Program-made: the position numbers and the translations under genes
Shown here: piece by piece, positions 1 to 12,600 of the stretch
Numbering within the stretch: position 1 is the first letter of the stretch
Layout: each line of letters opens with the position of its first letter
The notes under the pieces: model-generated
What the model was told of the DNA's origin: nothing
Databases searched by the model: none
The model's input: only the letters and a program-made list of their open reading frames with translations
NCBI GenBank assembly: GCA_963784355.1
Contig: CAWAQU010000010.1
Location: 1 to 64,000, forward strand
Direction of reading: 5' to 3'
DNA: 64,000 bases
From: an uncultured bacterium
Lineage (GTDB): Bacteria > Patescibacteriota > JACMRA01

Positions 1-1313
1 GTTGGATGAGTTTGAGGTGTTAGTATTTTTGCTTGTATTAGTTGTGTTAGTGGCTGTGTTAGTTGCAGTATTGCTTGTATTTGTAGCCGTATTGGTCGTG
101 TTAGAGGTATTACTCGTGTTAGTACCTGTGTTAGTTGCAGTATTGCTTGTATTAGAAGTGTTCGTTGCTGTATTAGAAGTAGTACCTGTATTAGAACCTG
201 TATTAGTTGTGTTACTTGTGTTGTTACTTGTATTACTCGTATTAGAAGTATTAGTACCTGAGGTTGAAGTAGCAGTTCCACTTGTACTTGTAGCTGTATT
301 ACTCGTGTTAGAACCTGTATTAGTTGCAGTATTACTTGTATTAGAAGTGTTAGTTGCTGTATTTGTACCTGAAGTATTAGTACCTGAGGTTGAAGTAGCA
401 GTGCTCGTAGTATTAGAACCTGTATTTGTGCTTGTTCCACTTGTACTTGTAGCTGTATTACTCGTGTTAGAACCTGTATTAGTACCTGAGGTTGAAGTAG
501 CAGTGCTCGTAGTATTAGTACCTGTTCCACTTGTACTTGTAGATGTTGTTCCTGAAGTCGTACCTGAGGTTGAAGTAGCAGTTCCACTTGTACTTGTAGC
601 TGTATTACTCGTGTTAGAACCTGTATTAGTTGCAGTATTGCTTGTGTTAGAAGTGTTTGTAGTATTACTTGTGTTAGTACCTGAGGTTGAAGTAGCAGTG
701 CTCGTAGTGTTAGTACCTGTTCCACTTGTACTTGTAGCTGTATCAGTCGTATTACTGGTCGTATTAGTAGTACCAGCCGTGCCTGAAGTATTAGTACCTG
801 AGGTTGAAGTAGCAGTTCCACTTGTACTTGTAGCTGTATTACTCGTGTTAGAACCTGTATTAGTTGCAGTATTGCTTGTGTTAGAAGTGTTTGTTGCTGT
901 ATTAGTACCTGAGGTTGAAGTACTTGTATTAGTTGCAGTATTTGTTGTATCAGTGGTGTTACTTGTATTACTAGTTGTTGAAGTATTAGTACCTGAAGTT
1001 GAAGTACTCGTACTACTACTACTACTACCTGTTCCAGAAGTTGAAGTACTATTAGTTACTACACACTCCATCGGATAAGCTAATTCATTAGAATAAATAG
1101 TATCAACTGCCCCATCATAAGTTATTGTAGCTACATTATTTAAACTACAATCAAGATTAGCTAATGCTACCCGTGGTTGTTTTGAAAACAGATTACTATT
1201 TACACTAAGAATGCCTAATGCAAAAATACAAATAGCAAAAGAAGCAGAAGCAATTATATACCAGCTTTTTTACTATAATTTAAACGGAATTGAATCTTCC
1301 GAAAATCTACCAT
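1..1313 (-). CDS. Secreted/membrane-anchored Ser/Thr/Asn-rich low-complexity (mucin-like) surface protein, runs off the window
   Basis: Manual translation from ATG at 1313 gives MVDFRKIQFRLNYSKKAGIIASASFAICIFALGILSV (signal/TM), then repeats such as TSTSGTNTSNTSNTATNTGS. The listed + strand V/L/E ORF 2..1078 is its antisense shadow. Confidence 0.85.
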
Positions 1314-1501
1314 AATATATGTTTTTTATTTTTATTTTTATTAATTTACCTCAATAAGTGTAAATACTAAATACACTGAATACAAGGTTTCACTACTTAT
1401 TTATGTAAGTATATCGAATATATTTCTTTTTGTAAAATCGTAATATCCAGCTCACTTTGGTGGCTTATTTTATCAACTATTTGCATTGATTATGGCTTAC
1501 T

Positions 1502-2248
1502 TTATCTTACCTCAATAATTTTTTGTTTATAAAGTTTTGAATCTAAGTAATACTCACCTTGCTTTACCCTAATTAGTCGTAGTACTTTTTGCCCAAAAGC
1601 CTCACACATATTGCGGATTTGGTTATTCTTTCCTTCTGATAAAGTAAATTTATACCACCAAAAATTCCTCTGCAAGCTCAAAAAATTGTACTCATCGTGC
1701 CTAGATTCTACATCGGCAGCTTTGTACAGATTTACCATTACAGGGTTTAACTTTACGCCTTCAAGCGTCATACCACTTTTCATTTCACCCACCTCTTCTT
1801 TTTTCAAAGCGTATTTCAATCCCACAAGATACTCTTTGTCTGATTCATTGCTTGGGTGAGTCAGGGTTTGGATTAATTCGCCACTGGTTGTGAGGACAAG
1901 TAGCCCCTCGCTCATATAGTCTAGCCTCCCTGCATACTTTAAATTTTGGTAAGCTTTTGGTAGTAGATCATAAACAGTCTTTTTGCCAAACTCCGGCTTT
2001 TTTGAAACTAAACTAAATATTGGCTTGTAAAACAATATAGTTCTATCTTCGCCATTACTATTGATATCAACCCACTCACGATTATTATAGTATCTGACCG
2101 AATCACTTTGGCTAATTTGATCAAAAAGCTGACCTATTTCACCGTTGACTTCAACTAGACCTTGAGTAATGTACTTATCTCCTGCTCTCCTGGAGATACC
2201 CAAATTTTGGGCTAAAAATTGATTTAAACGCATAAATATAATTGACAA
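1502..2248 (-). CDS. rRNA pseudouridine synthase (RsuA/RluB/RluF family)
   Basis: N-terminal S4 motif MRLNQFLA..SRR; catalytic GRLD; EGKNNQIR motif. Confidence 0.92.
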   Translation of the reverse strand: MSIIFMRLNQFLAQNLGISRRAGDKYITQGLVEVNGEIGQLFDQISQSDSVRYYNNREWVDINSNGEDRTILFYKPIFSLVSKKPEFGKKTVYDLLPKAYQNLKYAGRLDYMSEGLLVLTTSGELIQTLTHPSNESDKEYLVGLKYALKKEEVGEMKSGMTLEGVKLNPVMVNLYKAADVESRHDEYNFLSLQRNFWWYKFTLSEGKNNQIRNMCEAFGQKVLRLIRVKQGEYYLDSKLYKQKIIEVR

Positions 2249-2276
2249 ACAATAATATCTTAACCTTAAAACAATT

Positions 2277-2618
2277 ATGCAAATTAATCAAATTTTGAGA
2301 TTTAGTTTTTTGCTTGTGGTATTTGTAATTACCTTTTTTTCCATAATTTTGGTAGTTAACAATATGTCTAGTTTAAATAAATATAAAAATGATTTGAAAA
2401 ATAACATCTACAAACAACAAGTTCAAAGGGTTAGTTACAGAAGTGAGATTGAAAGAAAAATTGATGATGAACTTAGGGTGGATGCAGAATCAAAAAAATT
2501 GGAAATTGTTAAATCTAGCGAATTGGGTAGAATAAATGATGCAATTATAAAAGAGGATAAAACAAAAGAGTCAAATACAACTACAGTAACTACACAAAAA
2601 GTACTTGTCGGGTATTAG
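2277..2618 (+). CDS. Small bitopic membrane protein with coiled coil (FtsL-like architecture)
   Basis: N-terminal TM followed by a charged helical region; family uncertain. Confidence 0.55.
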   Translation: MQINQILRFSFLLVVFVITFFSIILVVNNMSSLNKYKNDLKNNIYKQQVQRVSYRSEIERKIDDELRVDAESKKLEIVKSSELGRINDAIIKEDKTKESNTTTVTTQKVLVGY

Positions 2619-2660
2619 CTTGACAATAATTTTCAACTCAGACAGATTTGGAATAATTCT

Positions 2661-3137
2661 ATGAGTAAAGAAACAGAAGCCAAAGTACTAAAAGTAGGTG
2701 ATAAAGCCCCTGATTTTACAGCAAAAAACCAAGCTGGTATTGAGATTAGTTTAAGTAAATTGCTTAAAGAAGGTAAAAAGGTGTTACTAGTATTTTACCC
2801 TGGGGATGATACACCCGGATGTACTTCGCAACTATGCGGAATCAGAGATATTTATAAAGAGTATAAAGATTTAGGTGTTGAAGTTTATGGTGTGAATCAT
2901 GCTGATGAAAAATCCCATCAAAAATTTATAGACAAATATAATTACCAATTTGATATTCTAGTGGATGAAGGAAAACAAATTAGAGATGCTTACGGGGCCG
3001 TTAAAAAGTTTTTTGCTTCATATACTACAAAAAGAGGGGTATTTTTAATAAATCCGAACGGTAATATAGCTTATACGATTTGGGGGCAGCAAGACAATCA
3101 GCAAATTATTAATATGTTAAAAAACCATGAAATATAA
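2661..3137 (+). CDS. bcp: Peroxiredoxin Bcp/PrxQ
   Basis: LKVGDKAPDF, FYPGDDTPGCTSQLC (PxxxTxxC with resolving Cys). Confidence 0.92.
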   Translation: MSKETEAKVLKVGDKAPDFTAKNQAGIEISLSKLLKEGKKVLLVFYPGDDTPGCTSQLCGIRDIYKEYKDLGVEVYGVNHADEKSHQKFIDKYNYQFDILVDEGKQIRDAYGAVKKFFASYTTKRGVFLINPNGNIAYTIWGQQDNQQIINMLKNHEI

Positions 3138-3140
3138 TAT

Positions 3141-3556
3141 ATGTCACAAATTAATGTAACTACCCAGCAAGCCTTAGATGCCTCATCAGCTACAGGTGCA
3201 AATGCTGCTTGGAAGCCTGAAGAAGTACCTCAATTAACTGTTGATGTATACAGAGATGAAGAAAGTATTTATGTTGTGTCCACAGTTGCTGCGTAAATCC
3301 TAAGGACCTTGACATTTCAGTTGAAAATAATACTTTATCAATTAAAGGTATAAGAAAAAAACCTTATTCTGATGCTAGTGTTACTTTATTACTTGAAGAG
3401 TGTTTTTGGGGAGAATTTTATCGTGAGCTGACAATAAATGAAAATCTGGACATAGATAAAATCAAAGCCGCAATCAATCAAGGTATTCTTGTGATTCAAA
3501 TTCCTATACTTAGAATGAGCAGCCACAGAAAAATAAATGTGGATATTAATGGTTAA
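3141..3556 (+). pseudogene. Hsp20/alpha-crystallin small heat-shock protein, frameshifted near 3291 (probably a sequencing indel)
   Basis: Frame 1 reads QLTVDVYRDEESIYVVSTVA; adding one G continues GVNPKDLDISVENNTLSIKG..ECFWGEFYRELTI..IKAAINQGILVIQIP. Confidence 0.85.
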
Positions 3557-3666
3557 ATGTCACTATTATAATTAGTTGTTGCAACCCCCAACCCCCCCCA
3601 ACCAGGGGGCTATTTTATTGCTGTTACTTCCTCTTGCAAACCCACAAATACTTCCTACTAAGTTTA

Positions 3667-6600
3667 CTAAGGAGTTTCTACGCTACCACTTCCATCTCCA
3701 CTACTATTATTCCCAATCTCCACCTGCAACCCAGTAGCAGTAACAGTATAGGTGCCTTGAGGTAAATCAGTAAACTGGAACTTACCATCAACTGCTGTAC
3801 TTGCTTGTCTATTTATTGTAATACCATTAGGCCCTGTACCGAATAGATTAACTTGTACACCACCTATTGGCTCATCGTTATCTTCTAAAGTATATATATC
3901 CTCATCAAGTCCTGAAATATCAAAACTACCATTATTTTCCTTATCCCTAAATACTTTTCCTGTTATGGAAGAGTTGGAAGTGAGTACCGGAGTAAACTGG
4001 AAGAAGTTGATTGTTGATTTTTGATATATACTTGTATTTGTGATAGTTAAAGTTACCTCACTAACTGAACCTAAGTTGACAGTGGTTGGATCTTCTCTTT
4101 CTCCAGACCTACTTTTAGTTGTATTTGTGTTTAGTTTGCCGGTTAAGTTGTTGAGCTTTTTAATTATGTAAGTACCAGGTTCTAAATATGGGCCTGTATC
4201 AAAGTTACCAATAGTACTGTAAACTACTTCACCATTTTGTTTCTTAACTTCAAAGTTACAACCAGCTACCGGCCCATCAGCTGGGTTGTTGGGATAAGTA
4301 CTAAGCTGTCCGTCACCATTTTTATCATCAATACACTGCCCCTTTAATTTATTAGTATACACATAAATCAGATTATTTGTGATAACTGTACTATTATCTA
4401 TATTGACACCAGCTTTAACTATATCAGCATCGCTGTAGTCTACACCTCCAATCATAGTTGTACCCCATACCCACTTTTCACTAAGTATTTTCTTACATTT
4501 AATTGTAGTTAAACACTGATCAACTACACCGGAAGCGTACTGAATTGGTATAATAGCGTTAGGAATAGGATTACTCTCCCCCTCGCCATCACTAAACTTA
4601 TGCAATTTGTAATTACCAGTTGGCAGTCCTGTAATTTCGTAGTCTCCGCTTGAGTTTGCTGTAGCTGTGTAGGTACCAAGAGGCCCTACCACAGAAACTA
4701 CCGTACCTGCAAGTACCGTTTCCCCAGTATTATATTCATTCTCACCTTGCTCGTCGCGTTGGTTGATAAATACTTTACCCTTAATAATATTGTTAGTGAA
4801 AGGACTAAATGGATAGTTCTTTGCTAAATTTTCACTAGCCAAAATACCTATAGGATCAGGGTTAGATAAACCGCCGCCTAAGGTAATTCCGGATGGAATA
4901 TTGTTAATACTAACTGAGTAATTTCCCGGCATCAAATTTCCAATTCCTGTTTGACCGCAACATGGATTTGGGCAAACGTTTGTAGCTACTACAGAGTTAT
5001 CAGCTGTAGTTAAAGGATCACCTGTATAAGTCAGGGTAAATCTTATTGGGCCACCTTTTTCAGTTGCTAATTCAGACTCATCCCAGATACCATTGGCAAT
5101 TGTGTCATGAAAGGCTCCTATAGTAAAGACTGCATTGTAGTCATAAGTAAAGTCTTGAGTAGTGTTGGTGTCTTGGTATACATATGTCCCTTCAGCAATG
5201 CACATTAAACAAGTTGTGCCACTTCCGCCACGTCAGCAACTTGTACTCTGTAATATCCTTCAGCAAGGCCTGGGAAGTTGTACTCACCGTTTTGATTAGT
5301 ATTTTGGGTAGCAATAAGTATATTATGCATATACAGCTCAATAATTTTTCCACTATATAGCTGTTCATTATCAAAAACAGTTGCCGGATTATTATTAAAC
5401 CATTTGCTTCATAATCAGTGCTGCCTCTGTTTAAATATACTTTTCCACTTATGCTACTATTGTTTGTTGGGATAAAGCCGTAAGTAAGACTAAAGTTTTT
5501 AGTGATGTTATCAACTGTGAATTGTTTAGTAAGCTCGCTACCGGATAGTGGTGGATAAGGAGACTGCACTTGGGTAAATTCAACTTTGTAATCTTTATTA
5601 GGAAGTCTTTTGAATATGAGTGTAGCTGGGTCTGTATATCTGTTTGTGAGCTTACATTACCCCAGAATATTCCCAGTAACTGCATCTTTAAAGACATAGA
5701 CTCCTGTAGTGATTATAGTTTGATCTCTTCTACCATTGCTTTCATCTCCGTCTTGTTGATTGTTATGATTTTGGTCGATATACAACTGATTGCCTACATT
5801 ACCGGTGTATCCAACAGCAAAGTCTCTATTTCTACTATCTACATTAGTTCCAGGAGTGATAGAACCATAATCTCCTCTATTGCGTAAGTTATTAAAGAAA
5901 TACCAACCTTTGTCTCCAAGGTAACTATTACACACAGTACTAGGTAAGCCCATTAAACTTCCTTCTTCAGGTAAAGTTGTGATTTTAACTACCTGATATG
6001 CTCCGGGTACTATACCTGTAAAGCTGTATTTACCATCACTATCTGTTGTGTGTAGTTGGGTGGGTTTAGATTCCACTGATTGACGTTGGCTTGAGTTTAT
6101 CCATATCCTCCTCACATTTTATCAATTTAAACTGAACGCCTGAATATCTAAAGTCATCATCAAAACCATAGTCATGTCCGTCTGAAATACCAGTTTGCCC
6201 GTTGTTACCTAGTGGCTCATAGCTAGTCTCCATCCCTATCATTCCAGATGTAACTTGTGATTGAAGAAGATGACATATTTGGAACGTAAGCAGCACCAGG
6301 ATAATATCTAAAGCTAACCTCAGAAGTACTTCCTAGGTATACTGTAGTATTTTGTTCTGTAGCTGATAGTTCTAGAGTAGAGCTGCTGATCAAACGGACT
6401 TTGAGAGTCGGGAATTAGAATAACAGTATAGTCTCTAGGTGGTATTTCTCTAATACAAGGATTTGCTGTGTTTAGAGTATAGATTTCCGTAGTTTGAGTC
6501 ATAAATAGCTATTGTATCTTAGCTGTACTTTGACCCCATAATCCAGTTAATTGGTATTGTTGAGTCCAAATCACCATCGTTATTTTTATCAACATAGACT

Positions 6601-9600
6601 AAAGGACAAATCTTGGCGGTGTATTCAAATCCGAAGTTCTTACTTTCTTATTTTTTCATTGGTTGTTACAGTATAGCTAAAATTGAATTAGTCGGAAGCA
6701 CTGCCTCAGTACCAAGTGGGGTAGGGACTCTTGTTCGTAGTCACCCGGTTCAAGATTGATAAATTCATAATTACCATTAACATCAGTGATAGTATAGATA
6801 GGAGCATCACTAAAGGCATTTGTGGTAGTATTTTTCTTGTATAACCTGACTTCTTTTTCAGTTAAAACTACATCGTTATCAAACACAGTGATTTCCAAAG
6901 TATCTTGACCGTACTTATCAAAAACTCCATTTCCGTTTCTATCAATATATACATTACCTCGAATAGCACCTTTATTGAAGCTAGAGTTATTTGTATAACC
7001 AAAGTTCAAGGTAGTGTAGCTAGATGAAGCTATTGTCACTGCAACATTGTTTCCTCCTGTAGTTGATGAATATCCATTTGGAATAGTCTGCACAACTTTG
7101 TAATTATTTGGGAATAAATTATTGAAACAATCATTTCCACCACTGGAAGTACTAAAGCTTTTAATTACAGTATTAGGATCACTGGTTCTGTAAAGTTTAG
7201 TCAAAACACCTGGTATTTGAGCCTCATTTTCATCTTTACTCTCGTTAAAGTTTAAATCGTTGTAAGTATTTACTAAACAGATACTAGAATTACCGTCGTA
7301 ACCAAATTCGATATTTTTAGTTTCATTTGGCTGCAATACGACCAGTTGGTCTCCACCTGTTGTGCTGCTGCTGCCATTAGGAGCATCTTGGGTAATCAAA
7401 TATTGCCCTGGAGCTACTCCATTGAAACAAGTGCTATTTGAGTTTGATACAACATCAGTCACTTTAGTTTCTAATATTGTTCCGTCGGTTGATTTTCTGT
7501 AGGTTGTGATGTTATCCAGTAGTATATCCTGGCCACTATTAAATTGACCTGGGGTCACAACATCTTCAAAGGTTTTAGCGGCGCAGATATTACCATTACC
7601 ATTGAAACCGAATTTAGGCCCAGCTTCTACTCCAAAGCTTGTGGTGATTGTTAGGTTTAAAGGTGTGGTATTGCTGTAACCGGTTGGAATATTACTTGCA
7701 CTCAGCTTATATTCACCTATTACTTGCGGATTGAAACATTGTTTAGTACTGCTGGTAGTTAGCTCACCGATTGTAATAGTTTCATTACTATTTTTCAGAG
7801 TTATTTTTACTCCACCAAGCCTTACTTCACCACTATCAAAATTACCATTACTATTATCATCTCTAAATACTAAAGGACAAATCTTCGGGTTTCCGTTGTA
7901 ACCGAATTTAACTGTTTTAGTTTCTCCTGAAGTAAAAGTACCAATGGATTGCTCCAGGCCTGTAGTTGAAATAGTATTTTCCAGTAGCAAGCGGTTACTT
8001 TGTAGTAATTATTGAAAGCAATTATGTCAGTAAAACAGAGAGTGCCATTTGCTTGGAAAGAATTTACTTGATTACCATACTTATCTTTTAAGCTAACTGT
8101 AACACGCCCGTCGTTTATGAGATTTTCCCCCAAGTCGTAATTTCCGTCGCTGTCATAGTCTTCAAAAATCTGATTAGGACAAATCTGACTATTTCCTTTG
8201 TAATTAAAGATAACATTTTGATCTTGAGCAAAGTTTACAGTCACATTTACTTTGGCAATGTTGGTAGTTTGAGTAAAGCCTCCTGTAGCATTTGTAATGG
8301 TAGCTCCGGTAGGTACAGTTTGCTTTATCCTATAATTACCCGGAATTACATCAGTAAAACAATTACCACTTCCACTTGGTAAATCAGCTCCAACTTGTTG
8401 GTTGTTAGAAACCTTGATTAATTTGCTAATTACACCATCAATTTCAGGCTCACCGGCATTGTTAGTACCATTTTTATTGTAATCATTTATGGCAACAGGG
8501 CAGACTTTACTGTTACTGTAATAACCAAATTCAGCATTAGTTCCATCATTATTTACGAAGTTTTTAGTTTCCCATTAGCTAAACTTATATTTCTGGTTTC
8601 CTCACCTTGAGTTAAGCTTTTTGTGTTAGTGGTATTACCATCAGGAGACTGTTTAACCGTATAATTCCCCGGCATCAAATCTGCAAAACAGTTAGTGTTA
8701 TTGGTGTTGAACTGCCTGACTACTTTAGCACTGTCAATTAGAGTTGTTGTATAGCCAGCTATTAAAGGCTCACCCACGTCTTGAATCTTGTTTTTATTAT
8801 CATCTCTAAAGGTAGGATTTGGACAAATTTGCCCGGTACCTTTGTATCCGAAGTAGACAGATTTATCAGTTTCAGGATCTAAACTTACAGTCTGAGTTTG
8901 GATATTTCCGGTTGTTGTACCTGTAGTTGAAACTCCACCAGTTGGAATAATCTGCTCAATAGTGTAAGTTTTGTTTGGACTAACGGCTGCAAAACACTTG
9001 GTAGAAGAACCATCAGAAGTAATAGTTTCAATTACTGATCCGTTATCTTTAAGAGTACTTACTACTCCAATCATTAATGGTTCGTTTTCAAAAGTACCAA
9101 AAACGCTACTATTATTAATGTAGTCTCTAAATGGTAGGGGACAGACTTTTGCATTTCCTGTAAATACTTCAAAAGTAGAAGAGGCTTGTAAATTAGGGTT
9201 GGTGTCTCCGGCAGTTTGAGTAACTGCTGTATTTCCTGTACCGGCTTGATTTGGAATTGGGTCAACTGTACATACACCGTTTGCTACAACTCCAGTTTCA
9301 GTAATTGGAGAGTTAAAGCTGGGCCCTGAAAATGTCATACTACAAGTAGCCCCATCCGTACCTTCCAGAGGCTCGTCGTTACCTGTATCTTCCAATCCGC
9401 TAGTTCTAGCTGTAAATTTGTATCCGGCGTATACCTTATTAATTATGGTATTGTTTGCTCCATATGTGGTACTTAAGACTGTGCCTGTATTTTTTAATAC
9501 TGCAGTACTGTTAGTTGCCAGTTTAGCTTTACCGCTAGCAAGCAGTCTATAGCCAAAAGCTGTGTCTTGATTGACTCCGAAAGCTAATGTAATAGATTGT

Positions 9601-12600
9601 CTGACTTTATTGCCAGCTACAGTTCCACCGGTTGAAGATTGTGAGTTGGTGACTAAGTCTTGCTCTACGGTATAGTTTCCTGGAGCAATAGGGCTGAAAC
9701 AAATCTGTCCACTTTGATCTGTAGATACTTGTTGTTTCAAAGTATTTAAATCGCTACTTAGATACAGTCTTGTTATTTTGCTGTTTATTGGTAAATCACT
9801 TCCACCAAAGCTACCATATCCTGGTTGACCGGCTTTATCTTTTTCCAGATAAGTTCTGTTGATACAGATTTGAGCGTTTCCGTTGTAAGCGAAGTTTTTT
9901 GTTTCAGTTGTATTTACTCCTAAAACTATCTGGTATTTTACTTTTCTATTTAGATTATCTACAATTACCCCGTTATTAGTTGCCAGCGGGAAAGTAAGGG
10001 TGCCTCCTACCGGATAACTCTGCTCTACAAAATATGTATCATCAAAGAGACTATTAAAACAATTATCTATACTTGTATTAGTTCCGTTAGTACCATCTAC
10101 TGTAGTCAATGTTTTTCCGGAAATCGGATTCTGATTAGCATCCAGTAATCTGGTAGCTACACCTGCCAGTAAAGGCTCAGTACTTTCTTTAGTACCGTTA
10201 CTATTATCATCTCTAAAGGTATTATTTACACAAATCTTAGAAGTTGGTGAGTACCTTACTTCAGTAGGAGTAGTAGCTGTTTCATAGGTATAGCTCGCGT
10301 TGAAATCAGTATTAAACACACTTACTACTGTTTTTAAAGTAGCACTTCCCGTAGAGCCTACTTGAGCTGCGGTGAAGTTTGTTGCACATTGTCCTTGGCT
10401 ATCTAGTGTTGAAGTAACTGCAACTTCAGGATTTGCTCCGATTTTTAGAATATTTTTACAAGTTTGCCCGGTTAAATTACCGTTATTAGCAAAATTTCTA
10501 ATATTTGGAGAGTAAATTATGGCAGATTGACCGGCAACAAGTGGGTTAGGGGAGAAGGTAAGAGTACCTGGAATAGTCCCTGTAAGACCATTATTACCTG
10601 TTAGGTACAAATCAAAGCGTCTACTAAAGTTTGTTGTGTTTGTAGTTAGGGTCGTGTCATCACCATTTGAATTTTTACCGGCAACAGAGACAGTAAAGCT
10701 ATAGCTTCCTTTTAAGTAACCTAACTCACTTCCTGTTGGGCTAGAAGTGCAAGTACCATTACTTGCTGCAGCTGAAGTTAAGCTAAATTGACTACTGTCA
10801 GGTTTAGTGATTTTGAACTCACAAGTAGGCCCGTTTAAAGGTTGATTATTTGCAGAATCTGTAAGGCCTGAAACAGTTAAATTAACACTTGTACCAACAA
10901 AAGTTGTAGTAACAGTAGTAGATCCGTTTACTGTAGGGGAATTGGAGACCGGAGTAGTACCGGTAGCTACCTTTGCTTTGTTTGAAGGAAAGCCTGTAGT
11001 TGGTATAGTAGTTTGGTTAGTTTCAAAAGGATAGTTTGTACTGCTATAGTTTAAAAGAACTATTGTTTTGACTTTCAAGACACCTGCAGTAATTACATTA
11101 TTTGCAATTGTAGTCACACATTTTGAGCTTGCATCAAGAGTTGAAGCGTATTCTATTGGAGTCTGGCTATCAATTTGTACTAGGTTTTTACAAACTAGGC
11201 CTTGAGCTAAGTTAGTCGAGTTATCATATTTTTTGATAGTTGGAGAAGTTAGAGTAGGGTTAGCTCCGCCTGAAACAATCGGGCTACTGCTAGATGTAAT
11301 ACTTCCCGGTATCTTACCATTTACATCAAAACTAGTTCCATTTGTTAGGTAAATGTCAAAGTATCTGTTGAAATTAGATGTATCCGTAGTCAAGCTACTA
11401 CTTGGCCCCGCTACCGAAATACTAGCTGAGTATGTACCTGCTACATATGGTAAATCAGAAGGGGTAAAAGTTTTTTTACACACACCACCAACAATGTTAC
11501 TATCAGAAGCAAAGGTTTGGCTATAGCTATTTGGCCCCGTTATATTAAAAGTACAAGGTATACCATTTAAAGCTTGGTCGTTACCGGAGTCTTTTAATCC
11601 ATCAAAAGTTAGGACTATATTACTACCGATAAAACCAGGATTAGGATTGGAAGTTAAAGAGTTGTAAATTGGTTTAGTTTGATTTGGTGAAGACTGAGCT
11701 TTTGCTTTATTGGAAGCAGAAGGGTAAACTGGAAAACCAACTACTTTTCCTTCCGTACTACCTCCACTAGTTACGCTTAAATTAGCTGTAAAGCTAGTAG
11801 CTTGAGTATCAACTGTATCGGGCGCAGGGAATGAAGCTGTAGTTACGCATGTACCCTGGCTTACAGTACCAGTTTTGGCTACTGGGGTAGAATAGTTTCC
11901 GGGGCCATTAATTGTAATTGTGCAAGTACCTGAATATACATCTCCTCCATATTTATTTTTAATATTACTTATACCACCTAGGAAAGTAGCTCCGGTTGAT
12001 ACTGGGTTAGGGTTTGGACTAAATAGAGCTGAAGTTAAATTAGTTTCAGGTGTATTAGGATCATAGATAGTACCAGTACAACCTGAAGTAGTAGCCGGGT
12101 AAGCAGCAGTAGCTGCCTCAGCGCAGTCACCGTTACCAGCTCCACCATTTACTGTAATTGAAGCCGTGGATGTGCCTTGTGACATAGTGCCTGTACGGTT
12201 GATGTAGTAAAGAGCAATACGGCCTCCTGCTCCGGCGCCTTCATATTGACTATTACCGCCACTAGCACTAATACTACCACTACCTGCCAGGGTATTAGCT
12301 GTAAGCCAGATTGATCCCCCTGAGCCTCCTCCACCATAAGCACCATTACTTCCATTACCACTAATACTACCATTAACTGTAATAGTACCAGTTGCTACAA
12401 GTTTAATAGCTCCTCCTCCGTTACCACTACCAGCATAACCTCCACCTCCTCCACTACCTAAATCAGTAGGTTCGGTAAGTGATCCATAGCTGTTACCACC
12501 GCTTGTAGCATTATTACGACTATTTCCTCCTTTTCCTCCATAGCCTCCTCCCGCTCCTCTATCACTAGTGTTTAAACCAGCTCCAGGGCCGTTACCGTTA

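Noticed and set aside
2-1078. 358-aa + strand V/L/E-rich ORF
   Set aside because: Antisense shadow of the minus-strand S/T/N-rich gene, which has a proper start and signal peptide
1-1080. Periodic repeats resembling a CRISPR array
   Set aside because: In-frame coding repeats with no unique spacers and no cas genes
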